32,000 bases of DNA, taken from positions 11,326 to 43,325 of the forward strand of contig NZ_QMIE01000003.1 in assembly GCF_007625075.1 (NCBI RefSeq), given 5' to 3'. Position numbers and translations under genes: made by a program. How positions within the stretch are numbered: the stretch's first letter is position 1; each line of letters begins with the position of its first letter. Origin of the DNA: Oceanidesulfovibrio indonesiensis. Its GTDB lineage: Bacteria > Desulfobacterota > Desulfovibrionia > Desulfovibrionales > Desulfovibrionaceae. Under the pieces are notes generated by a model. It was given only the letters and a program-made list of their open reading frames with translations. It had not been told where the DNA came from and made no database searches. Below are positions 20,636-29,388 of the stretch, in pieces.

Positions 20636-21518
20636 GGGACAGCACCTTGGACTTTATCTGCGGCGAGACGAGCGCGATGACCACGAGAACCGCTGTGATC
20701 AGGTTGAGGTCTGAAGGAGTGACCGAGAACGCGCCGAGTTCCAGCCCCAGGGCCAGGGCGATGGCCAGCCGGTAGACAATGGAGCCGAGCAAGGCCGCGA
20801 TAAGCGGCCGGATGACTCCGCGGTGGCCGAAAACCGTCTCGCCCACGATGACCGAGGCCAGGCCTGCAACGATGGTGCCCACGCCCATGTTCACGTCCGC
20901 TGCGCCCTGGCTCTGGCAGACGAGCGCGCCGGAAAGCGCCACGAGAGAGTTGGACAGCCCCACGCCCAGAATGATGACGATGTGCGTGTTCACTCCCTGG
21001 CTCGTGATCATCTGCCTGTTGTCGCCCGTGGCGAGCATGGATTGGCCCCATTCCGTATGCAGGAACCAGATGAGCAGGCACACGATGACCACGGCGATGG
21101 TCCCGAACAGGGCGAGCGGCGCAAGCGACGGCGCCATGCCCATGGCCTCCAGGGGGTCCAGCACCGTGGGCTTGCCCAGCAGGGTCATGTTCGGCCGGCC
21201 CATGATGCGAATGTTCACCGAGTACAGGGCGATCATGGTGAGGATGGAGGCGAGCAGGTGGAGTATCTTGAACTTGGTGTTCAGGATGCCAGTGACCATC
21301 CCGGCCAGAAAGCCCGCGCCCATGGCGAGAAAAATGGCAAGGTATGGCGGCACGCCGGCAGTGATGGACACCGAAGCGACGGCTGCGCCAAGCGGCAGAC
21401 TGCCGTCCACGGTCAGGTCCGGGAATTCCAGCACCCGGAAAGTGAGGTAGACGCCCAGGACCATGAGCCCGTAGACGAAGCCCTGCTCAAGTGCGCCTAT
21501 GAATGCATAATAGCTCAT
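20622..21518 (-). CDS. ABC transporter permease (TrpY/LivH-like)
   Basis: Hydrophobic; FRVLEFPDLTVDGSLPLGAAV, GVGLSNSLVALSGALVCQSQGAADVNMGVGTIVAGLASVIVGE; overlaps the ATPase gene. Confidence 0.92.
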   Translation of the reverse strand: MSYYAFIGALEQGFVYGLMVLGVYLTFRVLEFPDLTVDGSLPLGAAVASVSITAGVPPYLAIFLAMGAGFLAGMVTGILNTKFKILHLLASILTMIALYSVNIRIMGRPNMTLLGKPTVLDPLEAMGMAPSLAPLALFGTIAVVIVCLLIWFLHTEWGQSMLATGDNRQMITSQGVNTHIVIILGVGLSNSLVALSGALVCQSQGAADVNMGVGTIVAGLASVIVGETVFGHRGVIRPLIAALLGSIVYRLAIALALGLELGAFSVTPSDLNLITAVLVVIALVSPQIKSKVLSRANS

Positions 21519-21530
21519 ATAAGAACGTCG

Positions 21531-21560
21531 GGGCGGGGCCCTTGTCCGAGGACCCCGCCC
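21531..21560 (-). promoter_or_regulatory. Intergenic GC hairpin between binding-protein and permease genes
   Basis: gggcgggg / ccccgccc perfect 8-bp stem in the 70-nt gap downstream of the binding-protein stop; no long U tract. Confidence 0.5.
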
Positions 21561-21588
21561 AGAATGCGTTGTGCGGCCTGCGGCGGCG

Positions 21589-22542
21589 TTATTCGAGGAC
21601 CGTGTCCGCGCGTTCGAGCACGGACTCGGGTATGGTCACACCCATCTTTTCAGCGGCGTCCAGGTTCACCCACAGGGACAGCTCCTGCAGGGTTTCCACA
21701 GGCATCTCACCGGGGTTGGCCTCTTCCTTGAGAATGCGGTAGGCCATTGCGCCTGTCTGGCGGCCCATGTTGTAGTAGTCGAAGCCGAGTGACGCCAGGG
21801 TGCCGCGCTCCACAGAGTCCGTATCTCCGGAGAAGAGCGGAATGGCATTCTCGTGCGCAACCTTCATGGCGGACTCAAGAGCCGTGACCACGGTGTTGTC
21901 CGTGGGGATGTAGATGGCCTGGACCTTGCCCACCAGGCTGCGGGCGGCCTGCAGTACGCCCGAGGAGTTCTGGATGGTGGCTTCCTCAAGCTTCACGCCC
22001 TTTTTCTTGGCTTCCTCGCGCAGATACTTCACGAGGGACACGGAGTTGTCCTCGCCCGCGTTGTAGATCACGCCCACCGCCTTGGCGTCGGGAACGAACT
22101 CGAGCATCAGCTCCATGTGCTGATCCATGGGGGTCATATCGGTCAGACCGGTGACGTTGGCTCCGGGCTCTTCCATGGACTTCACGAGACCGGCGCCGAC
22201 GAAATCGGTGACCGCGGCGGCGAGCACGGGAATGTTCCTGATGCGTTGCGCGCAGGCCTGAGCCGTGGGGGTTGCTATGGCGAGCACCAGGTCCGGCCCT
22301 TCGTCCATGATCTGGTTGGCGATCTGATTGGCAGTGGCGATGTTTCCCTGGGCTATGTGGACGTTGTATTCCACTTCCAGGCCCTGCTCCTTCAGATAGT
22401 CCATGAAACCCTGACGTGTGGCGTCCAGCGCGGGATGCTCCACGATCTGGCTGACGGAGATGGTGTAGTCCTGGGCCAGGGCCGTGGTCGCGCTGAGCAG
22501 TACGAGGACGACGGCGGCGATGAGTACTCGAAGCTGTGCCAT
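21589..22542 (-). CDS. ABC transporter substrate-binding protein (TrpX-like family)
   Basis: Signal peptide MAQLRVLIAAVVLVLLSATTALAQ; YTISVSQIVEHPALDATRQGFMDYLKEQG; TAVVTDFVGAGLV-like AAVTDFVGAGLV; ATG with GGAGG upstream. Confidence 0.93.
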   Translation of the reverse strand: MAQLRVLIAAVVLVLLSATTALAQDYTISVSQIVEHPALDATRQGFMDYLKEQGLEVEYNVHIAQGNIATANQIANQIMDEGPDLVLAIATPTAQACAQRIRNIPVLAAAVTDFVGAGLVKSMEEPGANVTGLTDMTPMDQHMELMLEFVPDAKAVGVIYNAGEDNSVSLVKYLREEAKKKGVKLEEATIQNSSGVLQAARSLVGKVQAIYIPTDNTVVTALESAMKVAHENAIPLFSGDTDSVERGTLASLGFDYYNMGRQTGAMAYRILKEEANPGEMPVETLQELSLWVNLDAAEKMGVTIPESVLERADTVLE

Positions 22543-22661
22543 GTGGTTCCTCCGGCAATGGTATGCGGGGTTGCACGCAAAAAGCGGCGGCGTTGCAATA
22601 AAAGAAGACTTTAGTTGTCTCAGGTGGGCACGTAAGTCAAGACCTCGCGACCGGGCGGGGA

Positions 22662-23258
22662 TTATGCCGATCCGCCCAGAGCGCCGGCCAGCGCGGCTCC
22701 GAGCTCCGCACAGCGATTCAGGGAATTTTGCTGCGATCTGACCTTGCCCGCCGGGAACAGCCCGAGCACGCTGTGCTCCCCCACTATCTGATACCCGAGT
22801 GACTCCAGGGGCAGCCGGAGAGCCGGCATGGTTACCCCCAGATTCTCCTTCTCGAATTGCTCAGCAACGCAGGCGATCACCGCCTTTCGCCGCTGCCCGG
22901 CCAGCCGACTGGACCATGCCCTTGGCACGCCGTCCTCGAAATCATAATAGCAGTAGAGCCGGTCGATGAACGCCTTCATGAGCGCGCTCATATTATACGT
23001 ATGCACGGGCGAGACGAGCACAAGTCCCCGAGCTTCTTCGAACAACGGGTAGATGAGCTGCATGCCGTCGCTCAGCTGCGTGCAGGCATTGTCCTTGCGG
23101 CAGCGCTCGCACCCCACGCACGATCGAAAATCGTATTCGCGCAGCTTGACCATGCGGGTCTGCATGCCGTGGGACCGCGCTCCTTCGAGCACGGCCTCCA
23201 CCATGGCGTCGCTGTTGCCGTTCCTGCGCGGGGTGCCGCTCACGCCCAGAATATCCAT
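22662..23258 (-). CDS. NADPH-dependent FMN reductase / iron-sulfur flavoprotein-like
   Basis: ILGVSGTPRRNGNSDAMV FMN-binding motif; SCVGCERCRKDNACTQ; LVLVSPVHTYNMSALMKAFIDRL. Confidence 0.9.
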   Translation of the reverse strand: MDILGVSGTPRRNGNSDAMVEAVLEGARSHGMQTRMVKLREYDFRSCVGCERCRKDNACTQLSDGMQLIYPLFEEARGLVLVSPVHTYNMSALMKAFIDRLYCYYDFEDGVPRAWSSRLAGQRRKAVIACVAEQFEKENLGVTMPALRLPLESLGYQIVGEHSVLGLFPAGKVRSQQNSLNRCAELGAALAGALGGSA

Positions 23259-23323
23259 GTCATGCCTTCCCGAATCATGCTTTGGGTGGTTTCTTATCCA
23301 TCATAGCACGATGCGGCATGCAC

Positions 23324-23351
23324 GAAAACAGCGACCCTCCGGGCGGGGGTC
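23324..23351 (-). terminator. Weak terminator-like hairpin downstream of the MCP gene
   Basis: Minus strand gaccc...gggtc followed by gctgtttt; 5-bp core stem only. Confidence 0.35.
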
Positions 23352-23381
23352 CGATTCTGCGGCAAACAAATGCCGCAATCC

Positions 23382-25358
23382 CTAGAACCTTTCGAAATCG
23401 TCGTCGTTGTCGCTGTCCATATCGAGCGCCACGCCGGTGTTACTTTCGGTCTTTTCTTTTCCGGCACTACCGCCCGGCAGCTGCCGGGGCGGATGCACAC
23501 GAGCCTGTACAGTGGATCCGGCGTATCCCGAGGAGTCCAGCTGAAAGAAGCTGATGGCCTTGAGCAACTGCTCGGCCTGGCTGGAGAGTTCCTCCGATGT
23601 GGACGCCATCTGTTCGGCAGCGGAAGCGTTCTGCTGGATGACCTGGTCCAATTGCTGGACGGCCTTGTTGATCTGGTCGGCGCCGGCGTCCTGCTCCACT
23701 GTGGCCGCCGCTATCTCCTGCACGAGTTCGGCGGTTTTCTGGATGTCCGGCACGAGCTTGGAGAGCATGTCGCCCGCCTTTTCGGCCACTGACACGCTGT
23801 TCTGGGAGAGCTCGCTGATCTCGCCCGCAGCGGCACCGCTCCGTTCCGCCAGCTTGCGCACCTCGGCCGCGACCACGGCAAAGCCCTTGCCGTGTTCGCC
23901 TGCGCGCGCCGCCTCGATGGCTGCGTTCAGTGCGAGAAGGTTGGTCTGTCTGGCGATTTCCTCAATAATCGAGATTTTCTCGGCGATCTGCTGCATGGCG
24001 GACACGGTCTGCGACACGGCCTCGCCACCTTCGTTGGCATCCTGGGCAGCCTTGAGTGCGATGGTCTCGGTCTGCTTGGCATTGTCCGCATTCTGGCGGA
24101 TGTTCGAGCTCATCTGCTCCATGGACGAGGACACTTCCTCCACGCTCGCAGCCTGCTCCGTGGCTCCCTGAGACAGGGACTCGGAGGAGGAGGAAAGCTG
24201 CTCGCTTCCGGAAGCCACGTTCTCGGACGCGGACCGGACATCGCCAACGACTTCCTTGAGCCGGTCCACCATGTTCTTCATGTCCGCGTACACACCTTGG
24301 ATGACGCGCTGTGTGAACCGGATGCTGAGATCGCCCTTGGCGAGTCGCCGGGCAACATCCTGGATGAGCGCGGGATCGCCTCCGAGTTGGCGCATCACCA
24401 CCCGGATTATGAGCCAGGCGATGAGCACGCCGACCACCACGGCCAAAGCGGACATGGCGACGACTACGGTAAGGGCCTGGTTGTTGGAACGCTGCACACG
24501 CGGCCCCAGCTCGTTCTGGTCCTCCATCACGGAGAGCGTGGCGTCCTCCAGGTTTCGCGCTATCTGCGGGCCGAGTTCGTCGAGCCTGGCCTTGATAACA
24601 CTGTTCCGCGCCTCGATGGCGGCGACCATCGAATCGAATGCTCCGGAATACTGGACGATATGTTCCTGAACCCCATCCACGAGCTGGCGCTGCCTGTAGT
24701 TGGCGATCACCCGCTCCAGCTCCACCAACTCCTCCTGCATCGCGGCCATTTCCTGTCTGGCCGACTCGGCCGCGGCCTGGTCGTTGGACTCCAGGTACTT
24801 GAGCACGTGCACACGCGCGAGCAGCAATGTGCGCAAAACGCGGCCTGCACGGTACACAGCCGCGCTGTTACCTTCATCGTGCCCCACGGTCATTATCCCG
24901 GAGAGTTCCCGCTCCATCTCCGGGCCAAGCACTTCGAGTGTCTCGCTCAGGTGCCTGTTTCGTTCAGTCTGATAATCCACCATTTCCTCGAACGCGCGCT
25001 GGTATCGCTCCTTGTTCTCGGCGGCGGACACGACCAGAGGCCGGCGCTCAGGGTCCTCGACCTGCTCGGCAGCCTGGTCGATGAGTTTTTCAGCTTCCGC
25101 AAAATCCGCCTCGAACGCCTGTCTGTCGTTTTCCGATGCGGTGATGATGTAGTCTTTGACCTTCATGCGCGTTTGCAACATGTGCGCCTGGGCGCGCCCC
25201 ATGAGGTTCGTATCCCGAGCCAACGCGCGATATTCTGTAAAACCGTCATTGGCTGTTCCCAGTGCGAAGAACGAGACCACGCCGACGACCAGCAGAAGAA
25301 CGAGTACGACTGCGAAACCGATCGTCAGCTTGCGGGCAAGCGACATGTTGCCAAACAT
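23382..25358 (-). CDS. Methyl-accepting chemotaxis protein
   Basis: Probable start [22 protein letters not shown] at 25358; two TM segments, HAMP-like region, hallmark [41 protein letters not shown]. Confidence 0.96.
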   Translation of the reverse strand: MFGNMSLARKLTIGFAVVLVLLLVVGVVSFFALGTANDGFTEYRALARDTNLMGRAQAHMLQTRMKVKDYIITASENDRQAFEADFAEAEKLIDQAAEQVEDPERRPLVVSAAENKERYQRAFEEMVDYQTERNRHLSETLEVLGPEMERELSGIMTVGHDEGNSAAVYRAGRVLRTLLLARVHVLKYLESNDQAAAESARQEMAAMQEELVELERVIANYRQRQLVDGVQEHIVQYSGAFDSMVAAIEARNSVIKARLDELGPQIARNLEDATLSVMEDQNELGPRVQRSNNQALTVVVAMSALAVVVGVLIAWLIIRVVMRQLGGDPALIQDVARRLAKGDLSIRFTQRVIQGVYADMKNMVDRLKEVVGDVRSASENVASGSEQLSSSSESLSQGATEQAASVEEVSSSMEQMSSNIRQNADNAKQTETIALKAAQDANEGGEAVSQTVSAMQQIAEKISIIEEIARQTNLLALNAAIEAARAGEHGKGFAVVAAEVRKLAERSGAAAGEISELSQNSVSVAEKAGDMLSKLVPDIQKTAELVQEIAAATVEQDAGADQINKAVQQLDQVIQQNASAAEQMASTSEELSSQAEQLLKAISFFQLDSSGYAGSTVQARVHPPRQLPGGSAGKEKTESNTGVALDMDSDNDDDFERF

Positions 25359-25558
25359 AGGTTCAACCCCCTGAACACCTGGATTACCGGATTCGATAAC
25401 ACCACACACTATAGCCAAACACTTGTATGGCATGACATTCTTTCAGCCACGCCATAATTCAATCAACTGATTTATTATACCCTAGCATATTTAAAACGCA
25501 TGCGGTAGCCCTGTACCTTGTTCCGTGGTATGTTTCCGCAAGATGCGAGAATGGTGGC

Positions 25559-26251
25559 ATGACTGCGACATCCCATACAGAAAATCACTTCATGGACACG
25601 AATTCGATCGAGCGGCTTTCCGGCAGCCATCTCGTGCTCGAAGTCGGCCTCGATGTCCTCGTGGAAATCCAGGGAGCCGGAAAACGCTTCAAGGCGTCAC
25701 TGGTAGGCGGCGAGCCGGGCCGGTACATCATCATCAAACCGCCGGCCACGCGCAGCGCCGCGGAGTCGCTCCTGCGCGAGTCGCTGCTCACATTGCGGTT
25801 TCTCATGAGCCGCGGGCGCATCTGCGGTTTCCAAAGCGAGGTCCAGCAGGTCCTGCTCAAACCACACCGACTGATATTCGTCTCTTATCCCGCCTATTTC
25901 GAGATTCTCAGACTCCGGAAGCACGACAGGGTCCACTGCTATCAGCCCGTGACATTCTATGTAGAGGCGCACGAGTATCGGGGGCACATACTGAACATCT
26001 CCACAGGGGGGTGCCTCGTCACAATGGATCCGCTCACCGGCGAACCCCCTCTTGCAGAGGGGGGCGAGGCGTTCCTGAACTTTCGGAAGTTCGATTCCAA
26101 CGAAACGGGGTATGTGCAGGGGCGCATCAGAAATGTCACGCAGAGGGCGGACCAGACCAGCATGGCCATCGAGTTCGATGAGCTTACGGAAGACGTGCGC
26201 GCATCCATAGAAAGCTACGTGGACGCCGTGTACGACCACCTCGCCGCCTGA
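25559..26251 (+). CDS. PilZ domain-containing (YcgR-like) protein
   Basis: RKHDRVHCYQPVTFYVEAHEYRGHILNISTGGCLVTM resembles the PilZ RxxxR...(D/N)xSxxG signature; N-terminal YcgR-like region. Confidence 0.75.
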   Translation: MTATSHTENHFMDTNSIERLSGSHLVLEVGLDVLVEIQGAGKRFKASLVGGEPGRYIIIKPPATRSAAESLLRESLLTLRFLMSRGRICGFQSEVQQVLLKPHRLIFVSYPAYFEILRLRKHDRVHCYQPVTFYVEAHEYRGHILNISTGGCLVTMDPLTGEPPLAEGGEAFLNFRKFDSNETGYVQGRIRNVTQRADQTSMAIEFDELTEDVRASIESYVDAVYDHLAA

Positions 26252-26321
26252 CGGCGTTCAAAATGCATACTTGCCGCGGCGAGCGAAGCCGGAATCAGAC
26301 TGCCGGCTGGAGGGTGTGCGG

Positions 26322-26364
26322 AAAAAGAAAACTCCGGCCGCAGCGAACACGTGTGCAGCCGGAG
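26322..26364 (-). terminator. Rho-independent terminator after threonine aldolase (minus strand)
   Basis: ctccggc...gccggag stem; on the minus strand followed by TTTTCTTTTT. Confidence 0.75.
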
Positions 26365-26390
26365 CCGAATCGTTGGAAGGAGTCGTTGGT

Positions 26391-27416
26391 CTATGTGTCC
26401 ATCGCCCGCTTTAATGCGGCGGCAAAGCGTTCCACGTCGTCCTCGGTGGTGTCGAAGCTGGTCATCCAGCGCACCTCGGGCCGCGTGGGCTCCCACACGT
26501 AGAAGAAGAACTCCTGCTTGAGCGTTTCGATAGCCTGCATGGGCATGGAGGCGAACACGGCGTTGGTCTCCACCGGCCGGGTTATCTCCACCCCGTCCAC
26601 GGCCCCTGCCTTTTCGGCCAGCAGCCTGGCCATGGCGTTGGCGCGCTGGCCGTTTTCGATCCACAGGTCCGTGCCGAACATGGCCTCGAACTGCACGGAA
26701 AGATAACGCATCTTGGAAACGAGCTGCATGGCCTGCTTGCGCACGTACCTGAAGTCCGTATCCAGGCCCGGCCGCATGAAGACTATGGCTTCTCCGTACA
26801 TGAGGCCGTTCTTGCCGCCGCCCAGGGAGAGCACGTCCACTCCCACATCGCGCGTCATGGCGGCCAGGCTCACGTCCAGCGCGGCGGCCGCATTGGCAAT
26901 GCGCGCGCCGTCCATGTGCAGACGCAGATTCTCCTGTTTACAGAATTCGCCGATGGCCTTGAGCTCGTCCAGAGAATACAGCGCGCCCAGTTCCGTTGGC
27001 TGGGTCACACTCACCGCCGCAGGCTGGCTGTGGTGCTCGAAACCGCGGCTCTCCAGCAGTGGGGCGATGGCTTCGGGAGTGATCTTGCCGTCCGTGTGGG
27101 GCACGCCCACCAGCTTGGACCCCAGAAACCGCTCCGGTGCGCCGCATTCGTCGTTGTTGATGTGCGCGGTTTCGGCGCAGATAACGCTCTGATACGGTCG
27201 GACCAGCGCAGCAAGACCCAGCACGTTGGCCGCCGTGCCCAGAAACACGAAATGCGCTTCGGACTGGGGACCGAAGTGGCCCTTGAGCACCTCGACGGCG
27301 CGTTCGGTATGCACATCGGCGCCATATCCCACGGCGTGGCCTTCGTTGGCTTGCTGCAAAGCCTCCATCACCTGTGGATGGACGCCGGCATTGTTGTCGC
27401 TGGCAAAGGATCGCAT
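26391..27416 (-). CDS. ltaE: Low-specificity L-threonine aldolase / beta-eliminating lyase family
   Basis: MRSFASDNNAGVHPQVMEALQQANEGHAVGYGAD; FVFLGTAANVLGLAAL; LHMDGARIANAAAAL; LSLGGGKNGLMYGEAIVF PLP-lysine region. Confidence 0.88.
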   Translation of the reverse strand: MRSFASDNNAGVHPQVMEALQQANEGHAVGYGADVHTERAVEVLKGHFGPQSEAHFVFLGTAANVLGLAALVRPYQSVICAETAHINNDECGAPERFLGSKLVGVPHTDGKITPEAIAPLLESRGFEHHSQPAAVSVTQPTELGALYSLDELKAIGEFCKQENLRLHMDGARIANAAAALDVSLAAMTRDVGVDVLSLGGGKNGLMYGEAIVFMRPGLDTDFRYVRKQAMQLVSKMRYLSVQFEAMFGTDLWIENGQRANAMARLLAEKAGAVDGVEITRPVETNAVFASMPMQAIETLKQEFFFYVWEPTRPEVRWMTSFDTTEDDVERFAAALKRAMDT

Positions 27417-27653
27417 GGTGCTGTTCCTCGAAATGGTTGTGGTGCAAACTTGAGCGGGGACGATGCTCCGAGAGAATTTCTTCGTCAAGCATCGGGCGGC
27501 CAGATCCTGCCGAAACATCCCCGTTCAGGAAAATCTTCTTGCGTTTCCAGTCCCTTCGGTATAGTTTGGATCTCGATTTATTGACCCGGGAGGATCGATA
27601 TTTCCTCTGTGGCCTCCCTCCTTGCCGCCCTTTAACCTCCGGCGAGGTTCGCT

Positions 27654-28898
27654 ATGCCCTGCCTTTCGTCAGCGTCTCGGTATTTGTGCGCCGGCTTGCT
27701 TTCTTTGTGCATTCTTGTCGTTGCCGCGCCATGTTGGTCGGCCCCGCAGCAGAGTTCCGAAAAAGAGCTGCACATGTGGCACGACAGCGAAGGCACTGTC
27801 CACATCAGGGACAAGGAGCCGGGCAAATTCACAAAAAAGCAGTTCCGCGAAGACCTTGAGCAGCCCAATCCGGACCCCGCCGCCGGGCGCATAGCCGAAC
27901 CTGAAGCACCCACAACGCCCGGAGAAGTCGAGACCGACGGCAGCCGACCTGCAGAAGCAACCGAATCCGAGGCCCAGCAATCCGCACCTGAAGCGGCCTC
28001 GACAGGCGAGCCGGAGTCCCTTTCCGCACCAGTTCCGACAGCTGATACGCCGCAGACAGTCACCACACCCGGAGAGCAGGCGCAACCTGACGCCGACCGG
28101 AATGTTGTGCAGCCCATGCCGCAGCGGCAGCCCCAGGCTCAGGAAATTCCGGAGTTTCCGCAGAACATGGGGGAAATGTCGCCAGAGATGCAGCAGCAAA
28201 TGCAGCGGCAAATGGAAGAAGCCATGCGCCAGATGCAGCAGGAGATGGGTCCTGGCATGGCTGTCGGCCTGCTCGGCGCGGCGCTCATTCCGGCGCTGCT
28301 CATCGGCCTCGTCATCTACCTCATCTCGGCCTATGTCCTGTACCGCATCGGCAGGAAGTTCGGCGTGGGCACATATCTCCAGTGGCTCATCCCGCTGTAC
28401 AACCTCATCCTGCTCACGCGCTGCGCCGGTCTTTCTCCCTGGTGGGCCGCGCCAAGCATCGCGCAATTCGGCCTCTTGCTGCTGGTCATTCCGTTGATGT
28501 TCGCGGACCCCATGTTCGCCATGTCGCTCATGTCGCTGGGCCAGATCCTGAACTTCATCGGCTACATCATCCTCGCGGTCATCCTCGGCAACATCGCCAA
28601 GCGTCTCGGAAAGAACCTCGTGCTCTGGGTCATCCTCGCCCTCATTCCCCTCGTCAACCTGGTCGCCATCCTCATCCTGGCGTTCGATTCCTCTCGCCCC
28701 GCCCTCGAAGGGGGCGAATCCTGGACGAGCGACGAGTACGCGCCGCCTGCGCGCCGCTCCGGCAGGGGAGGCAGGAGCGCCGCCAAGAACGATGAGCCGC
28801 CCATGCTTTCCGCGCCTCCGGCGCCGCCCAAACGCAGGAATCCCCTCGACGATGAGGAAGATTTACCTCGACGCGGCGCGCCGCCGCTGAAGCCATAA
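27654..28898 (+). CDS. DUF4124-like N-terminus fused to DUF5684-like membrane domain via a Pro/Gln/Met-rich linker
   Basis: Signal peptide, then MWHDSEGTVHIRDKEPGKF; low-complexity linker; multi-TM YVLYRIGRKFGVGTYLQWLIPLYNLILLTRCAGLSPWW. Confidence 0.65.
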   Translation: MPCLSSASRYLCAGLLSLCILVVAAPCWSAPQQSSEKELHMWHDSEGTVHIRDKEPGKFTKKQFREDLEQPNPDPAAGRIAEPEAPTTPGEVETDGSRPAEATESEAQQSAPEAASTGEPESLSAPVPTADTPQTVTTPGEQAQPDADRNVVQPMPQRQPQAQEIPEFPQNMGEMSPEMQQQMQRQMEEAMRQMQQEMGPGMAVGLLGAALIPALLIGLVIYLISAYVLYRIGRKFGVGTYLQWLIPLYNLILLTRCAGLSPWWAAPSIAQFGLLLLVIPLMFADPMFAMSLMSLGQILNFIGYIILAVILGNIAKRLGKNLVLWVILALIPLVNLVAILILAFDSSRPALEGGESWTSDEYAPPARRSGRGGRSAAKNDEPPMLSAPPAPPKRRNPLDDEEDLPRRGAPPLKP

Positions 28899-28914
28899 GC
28901 GCCTTGCAGTCCGA

Positions 28915-28954
28915 ACGCCCCGGCGAGTCCGCCCCGCCGGGGCGTCCTTCTTTT
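28915..28954 (+). terminator. Rho-independent terminator
   Basis: acgccccggcg / cgccggggcgt 11-bp perfect stem followed by ccttctttt. Confidence 0.85.
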
Positions 28955-29056
28955 ATGCCCGCAACCTGTGCCGTTCCTTCCCCTTGACACAGCTGCTCCG
29001 AGTCTTACCTACGGGCGTTGTCGCACCAGTCTCCCAAACAACACGGAGAACAGACC

Positions 29057-29290
29057 ATGCCCCTGTACGAATACCGCTGCACCGATTGCAACACGGAGTT
29101 CGAGGAACTCGTGAACGCGTCCCAGGCTGACGATAAGCGTCACGCACCACGCTGCCCGAAGTGCAAATCCGAGAAGACCGTGCGCATCCTGTCAGCGGCT
29201 ACCGTGCGTTCCAGCTCCGCTGGACCGGGCGGTCTCGGCTCATTGGGATCCATGGGCGGCGGCTGCGCCCCATCCGGCGGCTTTTCCTGA
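29057..29290 (+). CDS. FmdB-family zinc ribbon protein
   Basis: MPLYEYRCTDCNTEFEELVNASQ...APRCPKCKSEKTVRILSA with two CxxC pairs; Gly-rich tail. Confidence 0.93.
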   Translation: MPLYEYRCTDCNTEFEELVNASQADDKRHAPRCPKCKSEKTVRILSAATVRSSSAGPGGLGSLGSMGGGCAPSGGFS

Positions 29291-29301
29291 GGCTGACAAC
29301 C

Positions 29302-29330
29302 GGGCCGCGGTCGGCGGCCCCTGTTTGTTT
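29302..29330 (+). terminator. Rho-independent terminator after the zinc ribbon gene
   Basis: gggccgc-ggtcg-gcggccc stem followed by ctgtttgttt. Confidence 0.65.
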
Positions 29331-29388
29331 CGAGTGCGGATACTACCGTCAAACCCAAACAACGCAGCGTTGAACCGGAGAGACGACC

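Noticed and set aside
23892-25457. 521-aa plus-strand ORF opposite the MCP gene
   Set aside because: His-rich artefactual translation antisense to a textbook MCP.
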